Assembly: GCA_963777505.1 (NCBI GenBank)
Contig: CAVZQN010000004.1
Coordinates: 1,056,001 to 1,120,000 of the forward strand
Reading direction: 5' to 3'
DNA from: an uncultured bacterium
Lineage (GTDB): Bacteria; Acidobacteriota; HRBIN11; JAKEFK01
DNA: 64,000 nucleotides
The position numbers and the translations under genes were made by a program. The notes beneath the pieces were generated by a model. It was not told the origin of the DNA. It did not search any database and was given only the letters and a program-made list of their open reading frames with translations. Position 1 is the first letter of the stretch; every line of letters begins with the position of its first letter. Shown one piece after another: positions 38,291 to 49,000 of this stretch.

Positions 38291-38445
38291 ATAGCCCCCG
38301 GCGTAAGCCGGGGAAAAGAATTGATAGGACACTTTAGCCCGCCTTTGGCGGGCGTAAGAGTAATCACGACAATGGTCTTTCGCCCGCTTGAAGCGGGCTG
38401 GTTCATGTCGCAATCCTCTTACCCCCGGCTTGCGCCGGGGGCTAT
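38291..38445. mobile_element. 155-bp non-autonomous palindromic element (REPIN/PATE-like)
   Basis: Terminal IR ATAGCCCCCGGCGTAAGCCGGGG / CCCCGGCTTGCGCCGGGGGCTAT; internal IR AGCCCGCCTTTGGCGGGCG / CGCCCGCTTGAAGCGGGCT. Confidence 0.7.
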
Positions 38446-38482
38446 TTTTAGCTTAGATAATTTTTCAAACTAAGGAGTCATT

Positions 38483-39368
38483 ATGAAAATCTTCATCACA
38501 GGTGCAACTGGTTTTATCGGTTCCGCAGTAGCACAAGCGCTCCGAAGAGCCGGACACGAAGTTTGGGGACTCGTCCGAAATCCAGCAAAAGCAAACGAGC
38601 TTCATCGTTCAGAAATCCGAACCGTAACCGGATCCATGCAAGAACCGGAAAAATTCATGGACAAAGCGCGTGAATGCGATGTCCTGATCCATGCTGCATC
38701 GGATCGTGAAGCCGCAATCACCGATCCTGAATTAATCAGGAATTTTTTGACAAGCCGCTGAGAGTGGATCAAAAACGATTGTGTATACAAGTGGAGTTTG
38801 GGTCTACAACAATACTGGAGAAAGTAGTGTTGATGAATCGGCGCCATTGAATCCTCCAAAGCATGTTGCATGGCGTCCTGCGGTTGAGCAAATGGTTTTG
38901 AATGCGCCAGGTGTTCGATCGATTGTCATTCGGCCAGGCTGCGTTTATGGAAAGCAAGGCAGTCTCACTGGAAACTGGTTTAAAGGCGCAGAAAAAGGGG
39001 ATGTCAAAATCATCGGTGACGGAACGAACCATTGGACGATGGTTCACCTTGATGATTTGGCAGATGCATATGTGCGGATTATTGAGAGCAATTCTTCCGG
39101 CGAAATATTCAACGTAACCGATCCTTCGAATTTTACTGTTGCAGAAATGGCAAAGGCTGCATTGCGAGCCTCAGGCCGGGAAGGATCGTTGCGTTTTGTT
39201 CCTGTCGAAGAAGCTACAAAAACAATGGGCACATTCGCAGAATGTCTTGCACTAGATCAACATGTTGATTCAACAAAAGTGAAACGGCTTGTAGGATGGG
39301 AGCCGCGTCACCCAAATTTTGTGGATGATGTAGATACGTATTATCTGGCCTGGAAAGCAAACCAATAA
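38483..39368 (+). CDS. NAD-dependent epimerase/dehydratase (SDR) family protein; frameshift near 38750
   Basis: ITGATGFIG; joined frame NFL-QAAESGSKTIVYTSGVWVY; IRPGCVYG; VHLDDLADAY. Confidence 0.85.
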
Positions 39369-39818
39369 AATTTCGGATTGCGAGATTCTAAAGATCATTC
39401 CTCGAATGAGTGTTATCAGCTCACTAACTGACTGCGCATTTCTAATGCGCAGCTTAAATTCGTCGATGTCTTCCATGGCTTCCCATAGCTCAGGCGCGCT
39501 ATCAATCACCGTTAGGATTTCTTCTTTAGTTTTTTCGAGAGAGATTTTTGGTAGCTCTTGAAGAACCAACTCAACCCAGATTGTTCGGCCATACATCAGG
39601 TTGAACCCCCAAAATGCGCCATCACTGCCAACCTTGTGAACATCAATTACTCTGATGTAGCGTTCTCGTGAATCGATATAGTAGAGATCTTTGAACCAAC
39701 CATCTTTTAACGCTGACGAGGTGCATCGAGTGAGGTCTGTTGGCTGTTTTGCTACTTCAATGACGCCCTGAGCATAATTCAGATAAAGAAGCGGAAATGC
39801 TAAATCATTGATGGTCAT
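39270..39818 (-). CDS. Hypothetical protein
   Basis: Co-directional and 15 nt after glgA; the 3' end overlaps the convergent gene by ~100 nt and is uncertain. Confidence 0.55.
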   Translation of the reverse strand: MTINDLAFPLLYLNYAQGVIEVAKQPTDLTRCTSSALKDGWFKDLYYIDSRERYIRVIDVHKVGSDGAFWGFNLMYGRTIWVELVLQELPKISLEKTKEEILTVIDSAPELWEAMEDIDEFKLRIRNAQSVSELITLIRGMIFRISQSEILLVCFPGQIIRIYIIHKIWVTRLPSYKPFHFC

Positions 39819-39833
39819 ACCGCTTTGCCGAGT

Positions 39834-41285
39834 TCAGTGCGCACGTGCGACTGCCCACTCATACAGTTGTTGATAGCCGTAAGCTGATTGCTGCCACGAA
39901 AAGTCGGTGAGCATTCCTTGTCTTTGAATTGCTTGCCATGATTCCGAATCGTTGTAATAAACAAACATGGCACGTTGAATTGCGTTGAAAAAATCATCCG
40001 AGCTGAAGTCATAAAATGTAAAGCCGGTGATGCTATCGCGAACTGTATCGGCAAGTCCGCCAGTTTCTCTGACAACAGGAATACAACCGTATCGCATCGA
40101 AATCATCTGACTGAGTCCGCAGGGTTCAAACAACGAAGGCATGAGGAAGATATCACTACCTCCATAAATTAATGGTGCCAGATCCGGTTCATATGCGAAG
40201 ATGGCCTTCATCTTTTGGTTGTGATAGGAACCCAGTTGAGAAAGCATAATCTCGTATTGTTTTGATCCGCTGCCTAAAACAACAAATTGAGCTTCACCTG
40301 CTTCATGATTCAAAACTCGATGAATTGCATGTCCGACGATATCGAGTCCCTTTTGTTTATCAAGGCGCGTGACCATTGCAAGCAATGGAATGCGATCATT
40401 TTTTGGCAAGCCAAGCCGTTCCTGTAACGCTCGTTTGTTTTTGATCCGTTTTTCGATCTGGCTTGGTCTAAAATGACTGACAAGATTTGGATCGGTAGTT
40501 GGATTCCAGACTTCTGTATCGAGGCCGTTCAGAATGCCATGCAAGTCATTATGTCTGAATCGGAGGAGTCCATCTAATCCCGAACCGCCGCCCGGGGAAA
40601 GAATTTCGCGAGTATAAGTTGGGCTTACAGTATTGATTAACGTGGAATGAAAAATTCCCCGTGCCATAAAATTTATTTCACCGCGGCTTTCTTCATTCAG
40701 TGAATGTGTTTGGACTCCTAAATAGTAAAGAATATCGGCGGAGCTGCGTCCTTGATGTCCCAGATTGTGAATTGTGAAAAGACTTGCGATGCCGCGAAAA
40801 CGTTCATCTGCCTGACCTCTTGTTGCAAGCCAGAGCAAGCCAGGTGCAGCATGCCAATCGTGCGCATGAATAATGTCAGGTCTCCAATTGAGTGCGGGCA
40901 AAAGGTCGAATGCTGCGCGGCAAAAAAATGAGAAGCGGTATGGATCATCGTTATATCCATAAATATTCGGACGGCGGTATAAGTTGCGTTCAGCAATGAA
41001 ATAAACAGGCACATCGCTGCCTGGAATTTCTGCGCGTAATACTCCAGCAGGCAGAATCGTTCCACCAACTGGAACTTGCAAAATCCCTGGCAAAGAGCCA
41101 ATTCCCCATTTTCCTGTTTGATGAGCGTCTTCAATGCTTGGATATGCCGGCATTACGACGCGCACATCGTGTCCAAGCCGCTTCAGCGCTTTAGGAAGTG
41201 ATCCGCAAACGTCTCCGAGCCCGCCGACTTTTGCAAAAGGCGCCGCTTCAGCAGTGAGAAATAAAATTTTCAACGAAACTGCCAT
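39834..41285 (-). CDS. glgA: Glycogen synthase
   Basis: KVGGLGDV, IIHAHDWH, FTIHNL, TVSPTY, GILNG, RLDKQKG, MPSLFEPCGLSQM, TGGLADTV. Confidence 0.96.
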   Translation of the reverse strand: MAVSLKILFLTAEAAPFAKVGGLGDVCGSLPKALKRLGHDVRVVMPAYPSIEDAHQTGKWGIGSLPGILQVPVGGTILPAGVLRAEIPGSDVPVYFIAERNLYRRPNIYGYNDDPYRFSFFCRAAFDLLPALNWRPDIIHAHDWHAAPGLLWLATRGQADERFRGIASLFTIHNLGHQGRSSADILYYLGVQTHSLNEESRGEINFMARGIFHSTLINTVSPTYTREILSPGGGSGLDGLLRFRHNDLHGILNGLDTEVWNPTTDPNLVSHFRPSQIEKRIKNKRALQERLGLPKNDRIPLLAMVTRLDKQKGLDIVGHAIHRVLNHEAGEAQFVVLGSGSKQYEIMLSQLGSYHNQKMKAIFAYEPDLAPLIYGGSDIFLMPSLFEPCGLSQMISMRYGCIPVVRETGGLADTVRDSITGFTFYDFSSDDFFNAIQRAMFVYYNDSESWQAIQRQGMLTDFSWQQSAYGYQQLYEWAVARAH

Positions 41286-41294
41286 GAATGCTTC

Positions 41295-42119
41295 CTATCG
41301 TTTTTGATCTTGAACCAGTTCGCGTGCGCGCTCCGCTGCTTTAACTACAGCCTTAATCAATGTCACGCGCAATTTTCCTTCTTCAAGCTCGAGCAAGCCA
41401 TCGATTGTACAGCCCGCGGGTGTTGTTACAACATCTTTCAATAATGCAGGATGTCCTTTTGATTCCAATACCATTCGCGCTGCGCCATACATGGTTTGTG
41501 CAGCAAGTAATGTGGAAATATCGCGCGGAATACCAAGCTTCACACCAGCTTCAGCCAGTGATTCAATGACAACATAAAGATAAGCCGGACCACTCGCTGA
41601 CAATCCTGTGGCTCCATCCATTAGGTATTCTTCAAGGAAAACTGTTTTGCCGACACATTGAAAAATGCTTTCAGCAATTTGAAGATGTTCACTCTTCGCA
41701 TGCTGTCCGCCGCACAATGCAGTCATTCCCGCATTTATAACGCACGGAGTATTCGGCATCGCTCGCACAACGGGCAAATCTTTTTGAAGACGTTCTTCTA
41801 CGAAAGTAGTTGGGACTGATGCAGCTACTGTGATCACCAATTGGCCTGCTTTTAGCGCAGGCGCAATTTCGCGAACGACATGATTCATGTTTTGAGGTTT
41901 TACAGCTAGAAGAACAACATCGCGGCCTTCGACTGCTTTGTTATTGTCTATAGTGCATTCGATGCCAAGCCGTTCACGGACTCGAGCAATTGAAGATTCA
42001 TGATTGACTGAACCAATAATGTCTTCTTTGCGAATTGTTGATTCTTTCAAGAGCCCTGAAACGAGGGCCTCTCCAAGTTTTCCAACACCAATAAATGCTA
42101 ATTTCTTTCCTGCTAGCAT
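41295..42119 (-). CDS. proC: Pyrroline-5-carboxylate reductase
   Basis: FIGVGKLG, LAVKPQ, VRAMPNTP, SASGPAY, VTTPAGCT. Confidence 0.95.
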   Translation of the reverse strand: MLAGKKLAFIGVGKLGEALVSGLLKESTIRKEDIIGSVNHESSIARVRERLGIECTIDNNKAVEGRDVVLLAVKPQNMNHVVREIAPALKAGQLVITVAASVPTTFVEERLQKDLPVVRAMPNTPCVINAGMTALCGGQHAKSEHLQIAESIFQCVGKTVFLEEYLMDGATGLSASGPAYLYVVIESLAEAGVKLGIPRDISTLLAAQTMYGAARMVLESKGHPALLKDVVTTPAGCTIDGLLELEEGKLRVTLIKAVVKAAERARELVQDQKR

Positions 42120-42152
42120 TTCAGTCTCCCAACAGGCTTTGCGACTTTGCGG

Positions 42153-42638
42153 TTAAATTTCTTCAAATTCGCCTGTTTCTTTGTTTTTCCGTACATTGTC
42201 CCATTTGAAATATTTACCGTTCATTACAACATACACGCCGTGAGGTAGTGTTTGCACAAAGGCCATTGCACTTCCAAGATTGAACAAACCATCAGAGCTG
42301 CCAAATTTATAAGGAACCATAGCACCAGTAATCACGATTGTTTTTGGAAGTTTAGCAAGACCAAGTGACTTTGCTGTTTGATCCATCGTATCAGTACCGT
42401 GTGTTATTACGATTTTGTTCTCTTTCGCATCCCTGCAATGGTTCCGCGATTGTTTGCCGTCCGTATCTGTCATTTCCAAGCTATCCACAAGCATCAAAGT
42501 TTCTATGTCTACAGTGACCTTGCAACGGCCGAGCTTTAACATTTCCGGAAGATGAGTGTCTTTGAAAAACAGGGCTCCGTTCAGCTCGTTATATTCTTTA
42601 TCGAAAGTTCCGCCTGTTACAAAGATCCGGATTGTCAT
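42153..42638 (-). CDS. Short L-asparaginase N-terminal-domain protein
   Basis: TGGTFDKEY, DSLEMT, THGTDTM, TGAMVP, SDGLFNLG. Confidence 0.88.
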   Translation of the reverse strand: MTIRIFVTGGTFDKEYNELNGALFFKDTHLPEMLKLGRCKVTVDIETLMLVDSLEMTDTDGKQSRNHCRDAKENKIVITHGTDTMDQTAKSLGLAKLPKTIVITGAMVPYKFGSSDGLFNLGSAMAFVQTLPHGVYVVMNGKYFKWDNVRKNKETGEFEEI

Positions 42639-42684
42639 AGACGCGATTCTATCATCTGGTTGGGGTGGCGCCTCCCATCCTCTT

Positions 42685-42742
42685 TTTAACGCCGAGTTCG
42701 CCGAGTTAATTTTTTTAAACTCGGTCGGCCTCTGCGTTAAAA
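42685..42742. repeat. Inverted pair of AACGCCGAG-type short repeats
   Basis: TTTAACGCCGAGTTCGCCGAG ... CTCGGTCGGCCTCTGCGTTAAAA. Confidence 0.6.
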
Positions 42743-42797
42743 GTACACAATCAAACCACGGCGGTTCTTAGACACGCCCATATACGCCACAATATAC

Positions 42798-42990
42798 TTG
42801 CCACAGGTTATGAGATTGTGATAGTTTCACAGAGCCGAGGTTATTAGATGAAAATTAATACATTCGTCAATGTTCCATCGGCCTTTTCCGAACTCGTATA
42901 ACTCTCGCCTAGTTAAGGGCGCCCCCAGATTGGGGATGAGTTAACGAACCGGGGCAGGCCCTTCAATTCACTTTCAAAATTCTTTTTTTA
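42798..42990 (+). promoter_or_regulatory. Promoter and attenuator-like leader of the MATE gene
   Basis: TTGCCA-N18-TAGTTT; GAGG followed by a 17-codon uORF (42848-42901); GC stem 42915-42963 with a T-rich tail. Confidence 0.4.
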
Positions 42991-43020
42991 AACGTTCCCT
43001 TTTTTATAGCGTGAAACTAT

Positions 43021-44442
43021 ATGGACGCAACAACACAAGAACCTAAACTCACATTGAAAGAAACGCTTCAAATCATTCGTGATGCGATCCGCGGTGACAA
43101 GCGTGCCGACTTCACGGAAGGATTTTTAGGCAGAGATGTACTTTTACTTGCAGTACCAATGGTGCTGGAAGTTTGTCTCGAATCGGTATTTGCAGTCATT
43201 AACATTTTCTGGGTATCGCGTTTGGGTGCCGCAGCTACTGCTGCAGTTGGCCTTACCGAAGCAATGCTATCGATCCTTTATGCGCTTGCAATGGGACTAA
43301 GCATGGGAGGCGCTGCGATTGTGGCAAGAAGAATCGGTGAAAAGAATCCTGATGCCGCTGCTGTTGCTGCGGTTCAAGCGATCGTGCTTGGAATCCTGGT
43401 ATCTGTGACTGTTGCAATTGCAGGTGGAACCAACGCCGAACGTTTATTGGGTTTGATGGGTGCATCATCAGAGGTGATTGCAACGGGAACGTCATTCACA
43501 CGCATCATGCTGTTTGGAAATGGAACGATCGTGCTGTTGTTCTTGATCAATGCGATTTTTCGTGGCGCCGGTGATGCTGCAATCGCGATGCGTTGTCTGT
43601 GGCTGGGCAACATCATCAACATCATTCTTGATCCTTGTTTAATCTTTGGCCTTGGTCCTTTTCCTGAATTAGGAGTTACTGGAGCTGCAGTTGCAACGAC
43701 TACAGGAAGAGGTGCAGCTGTGTTGTATCAATTCTACAGACTTTCAAGAAGAGATAGCCGGATTGTCATTCATCGATCGAATTTACGTCTGGATCCTTCC
43801 GTGATGTTGTCGATGATCCGAATCTCCGGATCAGGAATTTTGCAGGCCCTGATCAATACAACAAGCTGGATTGGATTAATTCGCATTCTTTCGGGGTTCG
43901 GTAGTACTGCAGTTGCAGGCTACACAGTTGGAATCAGAATCGTTATTTTTGCGATTCTTCCATCGTGGGGTTTGAGCAATGCGGCTGCAACTCTTGTCGG
44001 ACAAAATTTAGGCGCCGGAAAACCAGAACGTGCTGAAAAAGCTGTATGGCTCACATGCCGTTACAACTTTTTCTTTTTAGGTTCTGTTTGTTTATTGTTT
44101 GAATTATTTGCAGGGGTCCTGATCCGTGCCTTTACAAAGGATGCAGCCGTCGCTGCTTACGGTGTTACTTGTCTGAGAATTGTCAGCGCTGGTTTCATTT
44201 TCTATGCCTTCGGGCTGGTGCTGACACAAGCTTTTAATGGAGCAGGGGATACCTGGACTCCAACGTTGATCAATTTATTTTGTTTCTGGCTGTGGGAAAT
44301 TCCACTTGGATATTTTCTTGCGTATAACGCGGGTCTCGGACCAACAGGCGTATTTATTGCCGTCACAGTTGCGTTTTCCACGTTGGCGGTTGTCAGCGCA
44401 ATTGTATTCAAACGTGGACGCTGGAAGCAGCGTAAGGTGTAG
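43021..44442 (+). CDS. MATE family efflux transporter
   Basis: LAVPMVLE, FRGAGD, NIILDP.LIFG..FPELGV.GAA.AT, GQNLGAG, FNGAGDT; about 12 TMs. Confidence 0.93.
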   Translation: MDATTQEPKLTLKETLQIIRDAIRGDKRADFTEGFLGRDVLLLAVPMVLEVCLESVFAVINIFWVSRLGAAATAAVGLTEAMLSILYALAMGLSMGGAAIVARRIGEKNPDAAAVAAVQAIVLGILVSVTVAIAGGTNAERLLGLMGASSEVIATGTSFTRIMLFGNGTIVLLFLINAIFRGAGDAAIAMRCLWLGNIINIILDPCLIFGLGPFPELGVTGAAVATTTGRGAAVLYQFYRLSRRDSRIVIHRSNLRLDPSVMLSMIRISGSGILQALINTTSWIGLIRILSGFGSTAVAGYTVGIRIVIFAILPSWGLSNAAATLVGQNLGAGKPERAEKAVWLTCRYNFFFLGSVCLLFELFAGVLIRAFTKDAAVAAYGVTCLRIVSAGFIFYAFGLVLTQAFNGAGDTWTPTLINLFCFWLWEIPLGYFLAYNAGLGPTGVFIAVTVAFSTLAVVSAIVFKRGRWKQRKV

Positions 44443-44545
44443 GTTCTTTTTTTAACGCCGAGGACGCCGAGTAATTTTTTATTAGGCGCTACCATATCGG
44501 CTTAGGGATTGTTAACATAAAGGAGATAAAGGAGGACGTACTTAT

Positions 44546-45544
44546 ATGAAAAGGGTAGCCATTCATGGTTTTGGCAGAATAGGAAGATCTTTAACACGAG
44601 CAGCATTAAAAAATGGATTATTCGCACCAGTATCAGTTTCCGATATCACAGATCCATCAACACTCGCGGCATTGTTTGCATATGATTCAAATTATGGGGC
44701 ATGGCATGAGAAGGTTGAATTCAAGGACGGCAAATTTCATATAGGTGATCGTCAGGTTTCCTTTTTTAATTCTGCAAAGGCGCTTCCAAACTGGAAAGAG
44801 CTTGAAGTGGATTTAGTTGTCGATTGTACAGGCCGTGCTACAAAACGGGAATTTGCCCAGGCACATTTGGATGCCGGTGCGAAACGCGTTTTGGTGAGCG
44901 CGCCAAGCAAATCGCTGGAAGATTGCGATGCAGTTCTGCTTCCAGGAATTAATGTCGAACAGTTCGATCCATCGAAGCATCATATTGTTAGCATGGCAAG
45001 TTGTACAACCAACGCAATTGCGCCAGTTGTGAAAGTTTTAAGAGACACTGTTGGAATCAAAACAGGATTGTTTACGACAGTTCACGCTTATACGAATACG
45101 CAATCCTTAACAGATCAGCCGATGAAAGATCGAAGGGATTCCTGGGCAGCTGCGGAGAACATTATTCCTTCTGGATCTGGTGCAGCGAAATCGTTGAAGT
45201 TCATCTGGCCGGATCTTTCAATAACTGGCAAAGCCTATCGTGTACCGGTTCGTACTGGAAGCATCGTTGAGTTGAATGTCGTTCTGAATAAAGCATCCAG
45301 TGAGGATGAAATCAAAAACCTTTTTCGAAAAGCGGCCAATGAATCTCCATTGAAGGGGATTATGAGTGTTTTGGAAGAGGAGTATGCGAGTACGCGGATT
45401 CTTGGTGATCCGCATTCTTCGATCATCGATTTGCCGCTTGTTCAAATGATGGAAGGAACGCTTCTTTCAATTGCAGCATGGTACGACAACGAAATGGGTT
45501 ATTCGACTCGACTTGCGGAAACGGCAGCTAAGCTATCCGTTTAA
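44546..45544 (+). CDS. gap: Type I glyceraldehyde-3-phosphate dehydrogenase (divergent)
   Basis: GFGRIGR, ASCTTN, TVHAYT, NIIP, RVPV..GS, WYDNEMGY; strong AAGGAGG RBS. Confidence 0.9.
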   Translation: MKRVAIHGFGRIGRSLTRAALKNGLFAPVSVSDITDPSTLAALFAYDSNYGAWHEKVEFKDGKFHIGDRQVSFFNSAKALPNWKELEVDLVVDCTGRATKREFAQAHLDAGAKRVLVSAPSKSLEDCDAVLLPGINVEQFDPSKHHIVSMASCTTNAIAPVVKVLRDTVGIKTGLFTTVHAYTNTQSLTDQPMKDRRDSWAAAENIIPSGSGAAKSLKFIWPDLSITGKAYRVPVRTGSIVELNVVLNKASSEDEIKNLFRKAANESPLKGIMSVLEEEYASTRILGDPHSSIIDLPLVQMMEGTLLSIAAWYDNEMGYSTRLAETAAKLSV

Positions 45545-45545
45545 G

Positions 45546-45630
45546 ACAAAAGCAAAAATAAAAAATAAAAAAGCAAAAATAAAGACAGAAAATCATATTT
45601 TTTTGTCTTTTATTTTTAATCGTTGATCTT
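45546..45630. repeat. A-rich heptamer repeats with an inverted copy; may act as a terminator
   Basis: CAAAAGCAAAAATAAAAAATAAAAAAGCAAAAATAAAGACA ... TGTCTTTTATTTTT. Confidence 0.5.
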
Positions 45631-45636
45631 TATTTC

Positions 45637-46002
45637 ATGCGGCGTATCGCCTGGTGGTTGATCCTGATCATTGTACTTTTCACTGGAGCCGTAGGTTTAT
45701 ATAATGGTCTTCAGGATTACTTCTATTCAAATCGCTTTGGTGCTCGTCTTCTTGCCGTAGCCGTCACCATATATGGAGTCGCCGGACTCGTTTCGTTTTT
45801 TGGGCTCATAGGCAGACGATCCTGGGCAATGCTTTCGATGATCATTTGGGCAAGCGCGATTTCGTTTGCAGGGACATTTGCATCGATATACTTTTCACCT
45901 CCAGAGGCTAGATTATTTTCCGGCTTAGGTGCTGGGATCACCTGTGTTGCATTGATGGGTTTAATCTTGATCCAGGTGCATCGCGAAATGTCACGATACT
46001 AA
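45637..46002 (+). CDS. Hypothetical 4-TM membrane protein
   Basis: Four hydrophobic segments; fills the intergenic gap. Confidence 0.65.
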   Translation: MRRIAWWLILIIVLFTGAVGLYNGLQDYFYSNRFGARLLAVAVTIYGVAGLVSFFGLIGRRSWAMLSMIIWASAISFAGTFASIYFSPPEARLFSGLGAGITCVALMGLILIQVHREMSRY

Positions 46003-46050
46003 ACCCAGAGCAGCAGCTCCCCATTTTTGCGGGTAAGATATGGGATTGTC

Positions 46051-49000
46051 ATGATTGGAATCAAACTTGGGAATCGTTATGAGATCGTTCGTTCATTGGG
46101 CGAAGGATCCATGGGCGTGGTCTATTTAGCGCGAGACCCATTACTGGAAAGGGATGTCGCGATCAAGCTTGTAAAAGGAAACATCCTGAGTTCAGAGTCT
46201 TTAGAACGATTTCGCCGCGAGGCGCTCATCGTTGCGAGATTTGATCATCCTTCACTGGTTTCGGTTCATGACACTGGTGAGCATGAAGGTTCTGTGTTTT
46301 TTGTAATGCCATTTGTAGAAGGCGAGAGTCTCCGTTCATTACTTAGAAAAGGCCCGCTTCCAATGAATGATGTGCTCGATATAGGAATTCAAGTTGCTGA
46401 AGCGCTTGAGTACAGTCATATGCGCGGCATCGTTCATCGTGATATCAAGCCTGAAAACGTATTAATCACTTCCGAACCGCAAGGACTTCGTGCGCGCGTA
46501 ACAGATTTTGGACTGGCTCTTACTACTGAAGATCAGCGGATTACTGGAGCGGACGTGGTTGTTGGAACTGTTGCATATTTATGTCCTGAAGCTGTAGGTG
46601 GGAAGAATGCAGATGCGCGATCCGATATTTATTCGCTTGGCGCAGTGCTTTACGAGTGTCTATCCGGACGAACACCTTATGTTGGCGATATTCGCAACAT
46701 ATTGTTCGGGATCACATATGAAGATCCACCTCAACTAAAAGGAATTACGCAGAATATTACAGAAGAATTGAACGCGGTTGTCATGCAATGTCTGCGTCGA
46801 GTTCCTTCTCTTCGACCGCAGCGTGCGCAGGATGTAGCGGATCAGCTTGCGCGATTGCGTTATGATCGCTCGGCCTGGGAACTCTCAACGCGTGCCGGCC
46901 GCAGGGAAGCGAGTGTTGGAAGGACACATGAATATACAGAACTTGTTCGCCGGCTTGAAGCAGCTGCAGATGGTCATGGCCAGCTGGTCCTTATCGGTGG
47001 AGATGCAGGTGTTGGGAAATCATTTTTGGTTGAACAGCTAACGTCTCTTGCGCGTGCACGCAGGATTCCGGTTTATCGCGGCCGTTTTCATGAACGCGAT
47101 CGTGCTTTTCCATTTCAAGGATTTTGCGAAGTCTGTCAGGATTTCTTCCGGGGTCCTGATGCGTCAGGCTCTGGACCTCATGTATCGGGAATTGATTTTT
47201 CAGATCTTGCTAATGAATTAACCAATCTTTTTCCTTCGCTTGCCGATCCGAATGCATTTGTTTTTCCACGATCCGAGCAATTCGCAGAAATTGAAACTGC
47301 TTCCGATGTGGCAGCATTACACGATTTGCTTGCGCGAACGTTGATCCGAATTAGTGCGGGAGGTCCTGCAATTATCGTTCTTGAAGATTTGCAGCATGGG
47401 GCAGAAGCCACAGCTACACTTAAGCCAATTCTTTCAAGATTGGACCGCTCGCCGATGTTAATCATTGGAACTTATAGAAGTAATGAAGTTACCAGGGATC
47501 ATCCTGTCAGCAATTTAATCCGTAGTCTAACAAATGAAAAAAATTTCAGTTTGATTGAATTGAAGCCGCTAGGAGTGCAGGATCACCGCCGATTGGTTGA
47601 ATCGTTGACTATGAATTCGGCGCCTGAAGAAGAATTTCTTGACAAACTTTATGAAGCAACCGAAGGCAATCCATATTTTACGAAAGAGGTGATCCGTTCG
47701 CTCGCTGAATCCGGAGTTTTAGTTCCGGTTGAAAGTGGGAGGCTTGTTGTTTCGGGTGATCTTGAAATGACATTTGATTCTCTGCCGGCCACTGTTCAGC
47801 AAACGATTGAAGCCAGGATGCGCAAGCTTAAGGAGCCGTTGCAGGAAGTTTTATCTGCAGCATCAGTACTGGGGAAAACGTTCGAATCTGAAGACCTAAT
47901 TTTTTTACTTGAGAAGGATGAAAAAGTTGAAGATGCAATTGATGCATTGATTGCCGATGATTTTTTGGAAGAAGATCGCGAAACGTATCGTTCAGATCGT
48001 TTGCGATTTTCCAGCGCGATGGTTCGAGATGCTTCCTATGCGCGGCTTTCCAGAAGGCGGCGAAAGAATTATCACAAAAAGTATGCTCAAGAGCTGGAAC
48101 GCCGGAACGAAAATTTTCTTGAACGAGTTTATCCCAGTTTAATTCATCATTATGCGCGCGCTGGTGAAGCCGAAAAAGTTGTGGATTATGGAATTGATTT
48201 TGCGCGCAAGACTTTGCGGACTTTTGGGACAGAAGAAGTGATCAGAGGCCTTAGAGATGGTGCTTGAATTTGGTCCCGGCGTTCGTGAAGGAGAAGTTCG
48301 GCGTTTGATGGCCAAAGCATATCGCATCAAAGGTGAGCCGATTGAAGCCCTGGAAGAATACGGAAAAGCTGTCGAAATTTTTCAACGTTTTGGTGATACA
48401 CACAGAGCGGTTGAATCGATGGCTCTGGCTGCAGAAACTGCGTGGCATTTCAGGCGAACGGAAGATGCTCGTGTTTGGATTGAAAAAGGAATTCCAGTCG
48501 CACGATCCGCGGGTTCTCAAATGGCTTTGAAAAAATTGTTGTCTCTTGGAGAAACTGCTGCAAACCTGCGTGGCGATCATGAATCCGGCAGACTGTATAT
48601 GAAAGAGCTGGACCGTTTGGAAAAAACCGGCCCAAGCATTGTCGCTCCAAATACTGCAGGAATTTTACATGTGCCTGTTAGCGGACTTGTTCATGGATTG
48701 GATCCATCGCGCGTTTTTTCAATGCAGGAAGAAGAAACAATTCCGCTAATCTTTGAAGCATTAACGCGTCAAGGAAGAGCAGCAGGAATTCGTCCATGGT
48801 TGGCTGCAGAATATTATGCCGAAAATAGTGGGCAAACTTTTCATTTCCGCCTGCGTGAAAATATTCGTTTCCATAATGGCAAAACTCTGACGGCACGAGA
48901 CGTTTCGTATTCTCTTCATCGTTTGACAACTTCAAACTTAAGCCGCAAACGGCATTTGCTTTCAGGCATGAAAGAAATTCAAATCATTACTGATCACGAA

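Noticed and set aside
38240-38473. 77-aa ORF
   Set aside because: It is a translation of the palindromic element at 38291-38445.
44990-45025. GAPDH motif ASCTTNA lacking the second Cys
   Set aside because: The catalytic Cys is intact and this substitution occurs in other bacterial GAPDHs.
48240-48270. Programmed ribosomal frameshift between the kinase-ATPase and SBP parts
   Set aside because: No slippery heptamer; the extra G matches the error pattern seen in other genes.
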